Assembly (NCBI GenBank): GCA_029762535.1
Contig: JARVGK010000002.1
Coordinates: 64,001 to 128,000 of the forward strand
Length of the DNA stretch: 64,000 nucleotides
From: Thermoplasmatota archaeon
GTDB taxonomy: Archaea; Thermoplasmatota; Penumbrarchaeia; Penumbrarchaeales; Penumbrarchaeaceae
Direction: 5' to 3'
Under the pieces are notes generated by a model. It saw only the letters and a list, made by a program, of their open reading frames with translations, searched no databases and had not been told where the DNA came from. This document shows positions 36,855 through 46,399 of the stretch, in pieces. The first letter of the stretch is position 1; each line of letters starts with the position of its first letter. Both the position numbers and the translations under genes were made by a program.

Positions 36855-37655
36855 ATGAATGTTTCCGAAAAGGGCAGGGAGAGAATGCTGGCTCGGCTGG
36901 ATGAGGAGATGAGGCTTCGGAAGTATTCGCCTGCGACAATGAAGCAGTATCTCGGATTCATCAAGAGGTTCCTTGATTCCGGATCCGATCCCCGGAGCTT
37001 CATGCTGGGTCTCTCCGACAGATGCTCACGATCCACGGTCCGATCCGCTTACTTCTCCCTGACGTTCTTCTATCGATATGTCCTTCATCAACCCTTCGAC
37101 GAGGGGATCCCCCTCGCAAAGCGCGGTGGGAGGCTTCCAACGGTACTCAATCGCGAAGAGGTCCATTCCATGATCGATAGCGCCGTGAACGTTAAGCACA
37201 AGGTCCTGCTGATGCTTCTGTATTATGGTGGCCTAAGGCTCAGCGAGGCTCGATCCCTGCGCTGGGAGGGTCTCGATTTCGAACGGGGGATCATCCATAT
37301 AAAGCACGGGAAGGGGGATCGGGATCGGGTCGTCTTTCTCCATTCCAGGCTTGCAGAGGCGCTTTCCGTATTGGGGGTTAAAAGCGAAGGTTGCGTATTG
37401 ATCTCTTCGGTCTCCAAAGGAGCCTATACACCAAGGGGTATCCAGTTGACTGTCGCGGATATCGCTAAACGGGCGGGGATAAAAAAGAGGGTCAGTCCCC
37501 ATACGCTTCGGCACAGCTTCGCGACCCATCTCCTTGAGGCCGGGGCTGACGTCAGGCACATACAGAAGCTTCTGGGGCACAGGAACCTGTCGACAACACA
37601 AGTATACACCCACATCGCCGACCGGGAAATGATCAGGATAGTTTCCCTGCTCTGA
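36855..37655 (+). CDS. Tyrosine recombinase/integrase (Xer/IntI-like, lacking the IntI-specific insertion)
   Basis: N-terminal LRKYSPATMKQY, RLPTVLNREEV, GLRLSE (R), GKGDRDR (K), HTLRHSFATHLL (HxxR), LLGH (H), TTQVYTH (Y); catalytic set intact. Confidence 0.95.
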   Translation: MNVSEKGRERMLARLDEEMRLRKYSPATMKQYLGFIKRFLDSGSDPRSFMLGLSDRCSRSTVRSAYFSLTFFYRYVLHQPFDEGIPLAKRGGRLPTVLNREEVHSMIDSAVNVKHKVLLMLLYYGGLRLSEARSLRWEGLDFERGIIHIKHGKGDRDRVVFLHSRLAEALSVLGVKSEGCVLISSVSKGAYTPRGIQLTVADIAKRAGIKKRVSPHTLRHSFATHLLEAGADVRHIQKLLGHRNLSTTQVYTHIADREMIRIVSLL

Positions 37656-37802
37656 CATGCTAAAACAATGACCAGCTCCAATACGGTACATAGCCTTAGC
37701 TAGGACGCGGGTCCTTTCTTCACCGCCCCTTTCACAGGGCTCCGTTCAGATGCCGCTCCGGGTCGCATAGATGAGTGTTATTTGTTATCCAGTTGTACCT
37801 CC

Positions 37803-38900
37803 TCAGCCGTCCTTGAGATCTTTGTCCATCGACTTCTTCTTTTTCTTCTTCGGCGGTGGATGAGCGATCCCTGGCAGTTTCGAGCCGCTCTTTGGGCCCG
37901 AGGGTTTCGCGCTCGCGTTCGAGCGCTTCACGGCCCAGACTATCAAGGCTATGATGATGATCACGGCCATCATGGGAAAGATCATCAATACCAATAGCGG
38001 TAGCAAAGTGAAGAGCATCATGAACACGAATAATGCCAACATCGCCTCTTCATCCATAGGATCAAATTCCTGCGATGGAACTATGAACATGGTCAGGTTG
38101 TATCCGCCTCTGCCCCTGACCGATACGGTTACTGAGGTATCATAATAGTAGCTACCCTCCAACACGTCGGAATCGTTCTCGTCGGGTCCGCTGACGCCGA
38201 GAGATATGTCCCAGCTAGAGGGGACCTCCACACTTCTGGAATATGTCTGAAGATATACCGTGCCCGTTTCGTTATCCGTCTTCTCGAGCGTGATCTCAAG
38301 GGCCTCCCCGGCCGGCACCATGATCCTGTAGTAATGTGACTCGGCAATATTTGGATCCGCATCGTGGACGTATCCCGAATAGGATCCCTCGTCCACGTAC
38401 TGGGCCTGCTCCCAACTATCGTGCCTCTGCGGCGGGGGCGGGACCTCCTTTATGGGGGTCAAATTGACATTCAGATGGTAAGTGCCGTTCCCCTCGACGA
38501 CCAGATGGACCCTCGATCTGGAATTCTGAGAATTCTCCCACCTGCCGATAAATACCTCCCCTGGAACGCTGAGGACCATGTCCAGAGGGGAATGGAGCCT
38601 CATTTTTTCCTCATCGTATGTCCTGATGCTGATCGCGTGAGGGCCCAGATCCGTCTTCTTGAAAGATAGTTCAAGAACGTGCTTCATCTCGACATCGACG
38701 GCGAAGATATCCCTGTCTATCTGTATCGGTCCGGTCGCGTCGAACGATGAACTAACTTCTCCCTCCAATTCGCCAACGGTCAAAACCTGTGGCGAGTCGA
38801 GCGAATCGTTGGGCTCCAACTCCGCTTGCGCCCCGCATGATAAGGGCAAGGCCAGGAACAGAAGGACCAGGCCTATCAACCATCTCCTTCCCGGGAACAT
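37803..38900 (-). CDS. Secreted, membrane-anchored protein with PPC-like domains
   Basis: Signal peptide, ELEPNDSLDSPQ motif, two repeated beta domains, C-terminal TM helices and a basic tail. Confidence 0.65.
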   Translation of the reverse strand: MFPGRRWLIGLVLLFLALPLSCGAQAELEPNDSLDSPQVLTVGELEGEVSSSFDATGPIQIDRDIFAVDVEMKHVLELSFKKTDLGPHAISIRTYDEEKMRLHSPLDMVLSVPGEVFIGRWENSQNSRSRVHLVVEGNGTYHLNVNLTPIKEVPPPPQRHDSWEQAQYVDEGSYSGYVHDADPNIAESHYYRIMVPAGEALEITLEKTDNETGTVYLQTYSRSVEVPSSWDISLGVSGPDENDSDVLEGSYYYDTSVTVSVRGRGGYNLTMFIVPSQEFDPMDEEAMLALFVFMMLFTLLPLLVLMIFPMMAVIIIIALIVWAVKRSNASAKPSGPKSGSKLPGIAHPPPKKKKKKSMDKDLKDG

Positions 38901-38945
38901 GTATATTGCAACGTTTCTTCGATATTTAATCGTTCCCCGAAGCGG

Positions 38946-40448
38946 TCAGGGAATGATCGAGATCTCATCAAGCATATCCGTGGCACACATGGAATAACCC
39001 CTTCTCTCGAACGCCGCCTCTCCCGCCTTCCCGTTGAGATAAGCCCCCAGGCACGCGGAGTCGAATGTGGACATGCCCCGCGCCATCAGACCTGCACAGA
39101 GGCCTGCGAGTACGTCCCCCGTTCCTCCCTTGCTCATCGCAGGATGCCCCGAAGTGTTCCTCCTGACGAGGAGCGGCTCATCATTGAAGGGTGTCTGTAT
39201 ATGCTTTCCAAGACCGTGAGGTCCGTGCCCGATGATGAGATCCACTTGACCCTTGCACAGAAGAACGTAGCCGGACCGCGAAGCGAAGTACATGGTTGCT
39301 TCCTCGAGGTCCTCCACTCCTTTGGACTTTGCACCAAGCAAGGCCTTGAGCTCACCCGCATGGGGAGTTATCAAGACATCCCCAATTATGGCAAGAGGGT
39401 CCGCGGCCATCGCATGTATGCCATCGGCATCTACAACGATCCTCTTTCCCTTTCCGGATGCCTCCCTCATGGCAAGCAAGAGCAGCTCAACGGTACCGTG
39501 ATCCCTGCCCGCACCCGGACCGATCAGGACCGTATCGGACCATTCTATCAACTGTACTATTTGGGCCATGTCCCTCTCCACAAGGCGGATCGATCCTTCC
39601 TTCCCGACGCCCTCGACTATGATGTCGGGGCTGTATCCGGCAAGGACGTTCCTAATCCCGGTGGGAACCGCTGCCCTAACCAGGTCCGCCCCCGCTCTGA
39701 GAGCGCCCATGGAAGAGAGCAGTGGGGCTCCCGTGTAAGGGCCGCCCCCGATCACCAGCACCTTGCCCATGTCCCCTTTTTTGGAGCTTTTTACCGGTAT
39801 TGGATAGCGTAGGAGGTCCCCTGGACCGACGACCGTTGCGGCCTCTTCGGGGATCCCTATGTCCGAGACCGAGATCCTGCCGCATTCCGGCAGGGGATCT
39901 TCTCCCCGGTACATATTGGACTTGACGTCATGGAAGGTCACGGTCACTGCAGCCTTGATGCAGGGATCGTATCCGATTCCCGAGGGTATGTCTATTGATA
40001 CGATATCCCTTCCCGACGAGTTCATGGCCTTGATAAGAGATGCAGATATACCTTCCGGGGCACCTCTTGCGCCCGCCCCCAGGAGCCCGTCGACGATGAG
40101 ATCACAACTCCCCATCAAACCTTCGATCTCCTTTTGGGACATGCCTTTGGCTTTGAGAGGGACGATGCCAGACCACACAGCTGCCGTCCTGGCCAGGTCA
40201 GTTCCCGGATCGCCCGCGGAGAGTACCGCCACATCGTATTCGGATTCCTTGAGATATCTTGCGGCTACGTAGCCGTCGCCGCCGTTGTTGCCCTTGCCGC
40301 AGACGAAGAGAACGCCTGCGGGGGCTTTAATCATCCTCATTATCTCATCTGCGAGGGATCTGCCAGCATTGTCCATGAGCGTGGAAGTTTCCATCCCCAA
40401 GGCCATCGCGTTCCTGTCGAGGATCTTGACCTCCCGCGGATCGATCAT
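38946..40448 (-). CDS. nnr: Bifunctional NAD(P)H-hydrate epimerase/dehydratase
   Basis: LMDNAG, CGKGNNGGDG, SIDIPSG, KKGDMGKVLVIGG, ITPHAGEL, MSKGGTGDVLAG. Confidence 0.95.
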   Translation of the reverse strand: MIDPREVKILDRNAMALGMETSTLMDNAGRSLADEIMRMIKAPAGVLFVCGKGNNGGDGYVAARYLKESEYDVAVLSAGDPGTDLARTAAVWSGIVPLKAKGMSQKEIEGLMGSCDLIVDGLLGAGARGAPEGISASLIKAMNSSGRDIVSIDIPSGIGYDPCIKAAVTVTFHDVKSNMYRGEDPLPECGRISVSDIGIPEEAATVVGPGDLLRYPIPVKSSKKGDMGKVLVIGGGPYTGAPLLSSMGALRAGADLVRAAVPTGIRNVLAGYSPDIIVEGVGKEGSIRLVERDMAQIVQLIEWSDTVLIGPGAGRDHGTVELLLLAMREASGKGKRIVVDADGIHAMAADPLAIIGDVLITPHAGELKALLGAKSKGVEDLEEATMYFASRSGYVLLCKGQVDLIIGHGPHGLGKHIQTPFNDEPLLVRRNTSGHPAMSKGGTGDVLAGLCAGLMARGMSTFDSACLGAYLNGKAGEAAFERRGYSMCATDMLDEISIIP

Positions 40449-40452
40449 GGGA

Positions 40453-43023
40453 TCACTCCAGTATCTCGGCCTCCACCGGCTCTTCGCCCAGGGCCTGCCT
40501 CGAGAGCATATCGGCCCTCCTGACCGACTCATCGTCTGGCGGAGGGCTCAGAGGTCTTGTGCTCCCGCTCGAGGGCCTCTCCTTAACCTCGGGGCTGGCT
40601 TGGGGCTTCTGCTGGACGGATTGTTTCTTTCCGAGCCTGAAGTATGCGAACGCCCCGACCATCGCCAGAAGGACGATGAACACCGATATCGAAATGATCA
40701 TTATCAAGTCCGTGTCGAGCTTTTGCTTCTCGCCTTTGGAATGGATCTCGAGAGGGAGGGACGATGTATTCCCTCCGGCTGTGGCCTTCACGGTTAGTTC
40801 GTAGTTCTCGTCCTTTTCCGAAGCTGGGAGTGATATCTTCACCATCACATCGCCGGAGTCACCCGGTGCGAGCTTTAGCGATGTGGGAGTGATGACGCCT
40901 ATAATATCTTCCGGCGTCTCAAGGGAGAGGGATACGTCCTCGTTATAATTCCCATGGTTCATGACCGTAATGTTGTCCACCGCCTCCGAACCAGCCTTAC
41001 CCTCGATGGGCATGATCCTATCGATGGTCATTTTGATGTCGGTCACCCTCGGTATTTTGACCTCGAGGTCCAAACTGGAATCGTCTCCTATGCCTTCCAT
41101 GGAGACGGTCACGGTCTTCCCCGCTGAGGGGGTATGTTCCTCACCCCTTGCGGGAGTTACCGAAAGGTTGTAGGCGGCGTTCTCCCCGGGCGCAAGCTCC
41201 ATGCTGGAGAAGTCACCGGACACGTCCCAACCTTCCGGCCCCGTGGATGTGACGTATACCAAAGCCGAGGCGAGTGTGGGGTTGTAGAGGTCCAGTACGA
41301 ACGACAGTTGCCTGTAGGCGACGGGGTAAGTGTTCCCGGACCTCGAAGCGGTATGAGAGACGGTCCCACCCCTCGCAGAGATGGTCGCTTTTTGATCGTC
41401 CACCACTGTCAGTGTAAGGTAGGCGTAGCGTTTTTCCGTCTCCCCCCTCTGGCGGGCGAAAGCCCTCAGATCGTGCCGGCCTTCGTCCGATCCTGTGCCG
41501 GCAGTGACGTTCAATGCCAGGTCCAGGATCTCCCCCGGCCCCACGTTCACGCTCCAGTAAACGGCGCCTTGTGTGACGCCTTTACCCGAGAAGGTCGAAG
41601 TCACCCCACGGGGCGGATCCTCGAGTGAGAGCTCGTAGCTGTTCGAGGAGTTCTCGATATTGCGCAGCTTCAGCCCATATGACGCCGTTGTGCCCTTGAG
41701 AACGGCGGCTTGGTTCTGGCCAATGACCTCAAGGGAAAAGGTCGCGGCCTTGGCCACTATCGCCGATCCGGTTGACTCGTACTCCTTGCCGGAATTTCGC
41801 GAACCGGCCTTGAACGTCAATTCGTCCTCGGTGCCCACCGGGGCATCTATGGGAACGCTGACCCTGAACGAGACGATGATCTCCTCGCCGCCTGCGATCT
41901 CGCTCTCGGGGGGAAACTGTATCGCCCAACCCCTCTCGCTGGTCCCGGAGAAGGTCACCCTGTCGCTCGAGGTCCCGCCGTTGATGACGCTCGCTTCGAA
42001 CTCTGTCACATCGCCTGCGTCAACGTTCCTGGGCGAGGGATCGATCAGGCTGAATATCAAGCCGGAGGTGACCTTGAGGGTCATCTCACCCAGAGCCTCC
42101 TGTCCCGTCCAGGACCTTCCGGTCGCCCTGAGGTTGTAATCGCCTTCCGGCAGGTTCTCGGGTACTGTATACGTATGGTTGAAATAAGCCCACTCCTGTC
42201 CGCCCGATGGCTGGGGATCGTCCGTGGTTACGTCCAATATCACGTCCCCCGCACTGTTCGTGAGGTTGATCTCGATGCTTTCCAGGTCATAGGCCCCGAA
42301 GGCGTCTCGGACCCCGGCGGAAAATATGACCGTCCTGGCGTTCGCCGGACCGTTGGGCATCACCTCGTCCACTTCCTGGCCGTCCCTGAAGACCCCTACT
42401 TTCACACCATCTGCATGGATCGGGTCCGCCAGCATCTCGACGAAGGAGTGCTCGCCTCCGCTCGAATAGAGGAACTGGAACGTCGGGAGAAGCCCGCTGC
42501 CCTTGGTGATTGTGATGCGCAGCCTGAGATAGGATCCCTTGGCAGCGGCCTCGGAGCTGCCGATCATGGCCATCTCATAGTCCGAAGATGTCATTGAGGA
42601 CTGTTCTATCTCGGCCGAGGCGAGCGTCCTCTCTCCATCGCTCTGATCGACCTCGAGAAGCTCCATGGTCATCTCCATGCCGCTTGTCCCAGGAGTAATG
42701 GTGGGAGACTCCAGATGGAGTTTTATCATATTGGCCCCGCCCTTGAGCTCTCCGGAGATCTCAAGTTCGGTCGTGAGAGGGTAAGGTGTGTCGTAGCTCA
42801 CGCTCCCCCCTACCGCGATAGTCTCCAGGGGGGATGTCAGGCCCGCTTCCGGGATCTCGGTCGTCAGGATGCGCGGCGACCTGACCAGATATAGTTTGGT
42901 CTGGTTCAGGGGTATTCCATCGGCATCCTGCGAACCGAGTATGAACACGAAGGCTCCGATAATTAGCATGAACATGATCATCGCTTGAACGAATGAGCGT
43001 TTCATTTCTACCGCCTTCTCCAT
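40453..43023 (-). CDS. Large cell-surface protein with repeated Ig-like (NEW3/CARDB-like) domains
   Basis: N-terminal signal, repeated xNxG...GW...LAPGE units, C-terminal TM anchor. Confidence 0.7.
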   Translation of the reverse strand: MEKAVEMKRSFVQAMIMFMLIIGAFVFILGSQDADGIPLNQTKLYLVRSPRILTTEIPEAGLTSPLETIAVGGSVSYDTPYPLTTELEISGELKGGANMIKLHLESPTITPGTSGMEMTMELLEVDQSDGERTLASAEIEQSSMTSSDYEMAMIGSSEAAAKGSYLRLRITITKGSGLLPTFQFLYSSGGEHSFVEMLADPIHADGVKVGVFRDGQEVDEVMPNGPANARTVIFSAGVRDAFGAYDLESIEINLTNSAGDVILDVTTDDPQPSGGQEWAYFNHTYTVPENLPEGDYNLRATGRSWTGQEALGEMTLKVTSGLIFSLIDPSPRNVDAGDVTEFEASVINGGTSSDRVTFSGTSERGWAIQFPPESEIAGGEEIIVSFRVSVPIDAPVGTEDELTFKAGSRNSGKEYESTGSAIVAKAATFSLEVIGQNQAAVLKGTTASYGLKLRNIENSSNSYELSLEDPPRGVTSTFSGKGVTQGAVYWSVNVGPGEILDLALNVTAGTGSDEGRHDLRAFARQRGETEKRYAYLTLTVVDDQKATISARGGTVSHTASRSGNTYPVAYRQLSFVLDLYNPTLASALVYVTSTGPEGWDVSGDFSSMELAPGENAAYNLSVTPARGEEHTPSAGKTVTVSMEGIGDDSSLDLEVKIPRVTDIKMTIDRIMPIEGKAGSEAVDNITVMNHGNYNEDVSLSLETPEDIIGVITPTSLKLAPGDSGDVMVKISLPASEKDENYELTVKATAGGNTSSLPLEIHSKGEKQKLDTDLIMIISISVFIVLLAMVGAFAYFRLGKKQSVQQKPQASPEVKERPSSGSTRPLSPPPDDESVRRADMLSRQALGEEPVEAEILE

Positions 43024-43148
43024 ATGTGGGCCGCCCTTAAATAATTGGCCCGTATCCTCATTGCCTTAACTTGCGTATAAAGTTTTTTTTCCGCAATAGA
43101 TATGTAAATGGATTCGGATACGCCGCAAACCCCGGAAGTGAGCCTACC

Positions 43149-45233
43149 ATGGTCCAGAAACGCATCGACGATCATCCGATCCTTTCGCCAAAAGACGAAA
43201 GGGAAGTGCGCTTCAGTTGGAACGGAAAGGAGATGACAGGCCTCGATGGCGAGATGATCTCCTCCGCATTGATAGCGAACGATATCCACGTTTTCGGCCA
43301 TCACGAGAAGGACAATAGCCCTCAGGGAATATTCTGTGCCAACGGTCAATGCTCCCAGTGCCTGGTCCTCGTCAACGGCAGGCCCCTCAAGGCATGCATG
43401 ACTCCTCTGTGCGGGGGCATGGACGTCCGATCCGTCGATGGACTGCCATCCATACCCGAGGATACGGACAAGGCGAAACCCCTCGACACCCCGCTCAATG
43501 AGGTCGATGTGCTGATAATCGGCGGAGGCCCCGCGGGATTGTCGGCATCGATAGAGCTGGGCGAACGCGGGGTCGATGTCCTGCTCATAGACGATAAGGA
43601 TCGTCTAGGTGGCAAGCTTGTACTCCAGACCCACAAGTTCTTCGGTTCTGTGGAGGACTCCTACGCCGGCACCAGAGGATACGAGATCGGGAAAATACTC
43701 TCCGAAAAGGTAAGGGCGCTTGAAAGCGTCGAGGTCTGGCTCGAGACAACGGCCGTTGGCGTGTTCTCCGACGGGATCGTCGGGGCCGTCAAGGGGAGCG
43801 AATACAGGCTGATAAGGCCGAAGAAGCTTCTGGTGGCGACCGGTGCAAGGGAGAAGATGCTCTCGTTCCCCGGCAACACGCTGCCGGGCGTTTACGGAGC
43901 TGGGGCTTTCCAGACCCTTGTGAACCGGGACCTCGTCAAATGCTCCGAGAGGGTCCTTATAGTGGGCGGGGGCAACGTCGGACTGATAGCTGGATACCAC
44001 GCCATTCAGGCCGGGATCGGGGTTGTGGCGCTCGTGGAGGCACTGCCCCAGGTCGGAGGGTACAAGGTACACGCCGACAAGCTCAGAAGGCTCGGCGTTC
44101 CGATACTGACAAGGCACACCGTTTTGGCCGCCCACGGGTCGGACAAAGTCGGATCCGTGACGATAGCGGGGCTGGACGATAGCTGGAAGGTCGTACCGGG
44201 CACGGAGAGGACGTTCGAGGTTGACACCATATTGATCGCCGTGGGGCTCTCCGAGGTGAACGAGTTCTACCTCAAGGCGAATGAATGGGGCATAGACGTC
44301 TATTCGGCAGGGGACGCCCAGGAGATAGCCGAGGCCTCGGCCGCTATGTTCACGGGGAAGATAGAGGGCATGAGGATATGCAGTGCGCTGGGGCTCGATG
44401 TGGGGGAGATCCCCGCCGAATGGGAGGAGAAAGCGATCATACTCAAGTCGAAACCCGGACCCGTCAGGGAGTGGATACCTCCGGAGAGGGAGGAAGGCGT
44501 TTTCCCTATCTTCCACTGCACCCAGGAGGTGCCGTGCAATCCCTGCACCTCCGTTTGCCCGGTCGGGGCGATCCGGACCGAGAACGATTCCATAACCGGG
44601 CTGCCTTACATGCCCGACCTCTCAAAATGCATTGGATGCTTAAGCTGCGTCGCCATATGCCCGGGCCTCGCGGCGACCGTTGTTGATTACCGGAAGGACG
44701 CAAAGAACCCCACCGTCACCCTGCCCTACGAGATCTGGAGGAAGGAAGTCGAACCGGGGACAAAAGTGCCCGTATCGGACAGGGACGGGGCAGTTCTAGG
44801 ACGTTTCCCGGTGGAGAAGGTCATAGCGAACCCCAAGTATCCCGGGACGCTCATGGTGCAGGTGAAGCTTCCACGGGATGCGGCCAAGAGGGCCGTGGGC
44901 ATCTGGGTGCAGGAGGAGAACCGCGAGCCCTCCGAGCTCTACGAGAAGGAGCCGCTTCCCGATTCCGCCGTGATCTGCAGGTGCGAGAGGGTCACTGCCG
45001 GGGAGATAAGATCCGCGATACGCTCCGGGGTGAGGGATATGAACCAGCTCAAGGCCCTGACCCGCGCGGGGATGGGCGCCTGCGGCAGCAAGACCTGCAG
45101 GGTGATGATACACCGTATCTTCAGGGAGGAGGGAATAGATGTCTCGGAGGTCACGGACAGGACCGACAGGCCCCTGTTCGTGGAGGTGCCGATGGGAGCC
45201 CTTGCCGGTGAGAGGAGGGATGGAATTGAGTAG
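43149..45233 (+). CDS. FAD-dependent oxidoreductase, sarcosine oxidase / dye-linked proline dehydrogenase alpha-like, fused to 2Fe-2S, 4Fe-4S and BFD-like domains
   Basis: GIFCANGQCSQC, IIGGGPAG, VATGARE, CNPCTSVCP, CIGCLSCVAICP, ICRCERV...RAGMGACGSKTC. Confidence 0.85.
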   Translation: MVQKRIDDHPILSPKDEREVRFSWNGKEMTGLDGEMISSALIANDIHVFGHHEKDNSPQGIFCANGQCSQCLVLVNGRPLKACMTPLCGGMDVRSVDGLPSIPEDTDKAKPLDTPLNEVDVLIIGGGPAGLSASIELGERGVDVLLIDDKDRLGGKLVLQTHKFFGSVEDSYAGTRGYEIGKILSEKVRALESVEVWLETTAVGVFSDGIVGAVKGSEYRLIRPKKLLVATGAREKMLSFPGNTLPGVYGAGAFQTLVNRDLVKCSERVLIVGGGNVGLIAGYHAIQAGIGVVALVEALPQVGGYKVHADKLRRLGVPILTRHTVLAAHGSDKVGSVTIAGLDDSWKVVPGTERTFEVDTILIAVGLSEVNEFYLKANEWGIDVYSAGDAQEIAEASAAMFTGKIEGMRICSALGLDVGEIPAEWEEKAIILKSKPGPVREWIPPEREEGVFPIFHCTQEVPCNPCTSVCPVGAIRTENDSITGLPYMPDLSKCIGCLSCVAICPGLAATVVDYRKDAKNPTVTLPYEIWRKEVEPGTKVPVSDRDGAVLGRFPVEKVIANPKYPGTLMVQVKLPRDAAKRAVGIWVQEENREPSELYEKEPLPDSAVICRCERVTAGEIRSAIRSGVRDMNQLKALTRAGMGACGSKTCRVMIHRIFREEGIDVSEVTDRTDRPLFVEVPMGALAGERRDGIE

Positions 45234-46377
45234 GTACGACGTCATCGTGGTGGGGGCGGGGTCCGTCGGAGTGCCGACGGCCCTGGCGATGGCAGAGGCG
45301 GGACTGAAGGTAGCGGTGATCGACAAGTACCCCTCTCCCGGACAGGGCGAGAACAAGCACGCCATAGGCGGGATCCGCGCTACGCACTCCGACGCGGCAA
45401 AGATCCTAACGTGCGTGAGGTCCCTTGAGATCTTCTCCACATGGGAGAACAAAAGAGGGGACGACATTGAATGGATCCGGGGAGGCTACTGCTTCCCCGT
45501 TTACAGGGATATCGAGGAAAATGCCCTCAAGTCTTTACTGCCCATACAGAAGGAGCATGGTCTGGACATCGACTTCGTCGGACCTGACAGGATCCAGGAG
45601 CTGATCCCGGGGATCGAGAAAGAGGGCTTGATCGGAGGGACCTTCTCCCCCGGGGACGGGTCCGCCTCCCCTCTGCTTTCGGTGAACGCGATGTACAGGG
45701 CGGCCGTATCCGCCGGGGCGGAGTTCCTGTTCAAGCATGAAGTGAAGAGGATACACCTCAGCGGAGGCAAGGTGAATGGTGTCGACACCCCCGCCGGACG
45801 CATGGAGGCAGATGTCGTTGTGGACGCGGCCGGGCCGTATTCACCGGAGCTATGCCGCAGCGTCGGGGTCGATCTCCCGGTCGTTCCGGATTCGCACGAG
45901 GGGGCGATTACCGAGCCGGTTAAAAGGTTCTTCGAGCCGATGGTCGTCGATCTCAGGCCCGCGCCGGGGTCGAAGAACTACTACTTCTATCAGAACAAGC
46001 ACGGGCAGGTCGTGTTCTGCATCACCCCGGACCCCCCTATAGTTGGAACGGACCACAGGGAGACGTCCGTTTTCCTCCCTCAGGTGGCAAGGAGGATGCT
46101 ATTTATTCTCCCCCGGTTGAGGCATATACGGGTCAGGCGGGTATGGAGAGGGTTGTATCCTATGACCCCTGACGGATCGCCGTTGGTGGGATGGAACAGG
46201 AAGGTCGAAGGACTGCTCCATGCCACGGGGATGTGCGGGCAGGGCTACATGATCGGCCCCGGAATAGGCGAGGTGATAGCAAGGCTCGTTACAGGGTCAT
46301 CGACACATGAAGACGGACCTATACTGGCCGGATTCGACCCCTACAGGCAGTTTTTGGGGGCGGAGGCCCTCAAATGA
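45220..46377 (+). CDS. FAD-binding oxidoreductase (DAO family; proline/sarcosine dehydrogenase beta-like)
   Basis: VVGAGSVG, RVWRGLYPMTPDGSP, GMCGQGYMIGPG. Confidence 0.85.
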   Translation: MELSRYDVIVVGAGSVGVPTALAMAEAGLKVAVIDKYPSPGQGENKHAIGGIRATHSDAAKILTCVRSLEIFSTWENKRGDDIEWIRGGYCFPVYRDIEENALKSLLPIQKEHGLDIDFVGPDRIQELIPGIEKEGLIGGTFSPGDGSASPLLSVNAMYRAAVSAGAEFLFKHEVKRIHLSGGKVNGVDTPAGRMEADVVVDAAGPYSPELCRSVGVDLPVVPDSHEGAITEPVKRFFEPMVVDLRPAPGSKNYYFYQNKHGQVVFCITPDPPIVGTDHRETSVFLPQVARRMLFILPRLRHIRVRRVWRGLYPMTPDGSPLVGWNRKVEGLLHATGMCGQGYMIGPGIGEVIARLVTGSSTHEDGPILAGFDPYRQFLGAEALK

Positions 46378-46399
46378 TCCGAGTTCCGGCCCCGCCTTA

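Larger units (their letters stand above)
13295..37655. mobile_element. Integron-like cassette platform (integrase + attI-like site + cassette array)
   Basis: Divergent integrase, about 10 related att-like repeats, co-oriented cassette genes, and 9/9 cassette-end complementarity for five cassettes. Confidence 0.85.

Noticed and set aside
36855-37655. Naming the integrase xerA or intI
   Set aside because: It resembles both in the catalytic domain but lacks the IntI insertion, and its context is a cassette array. A phylogeny is needed, so no symbol is given.
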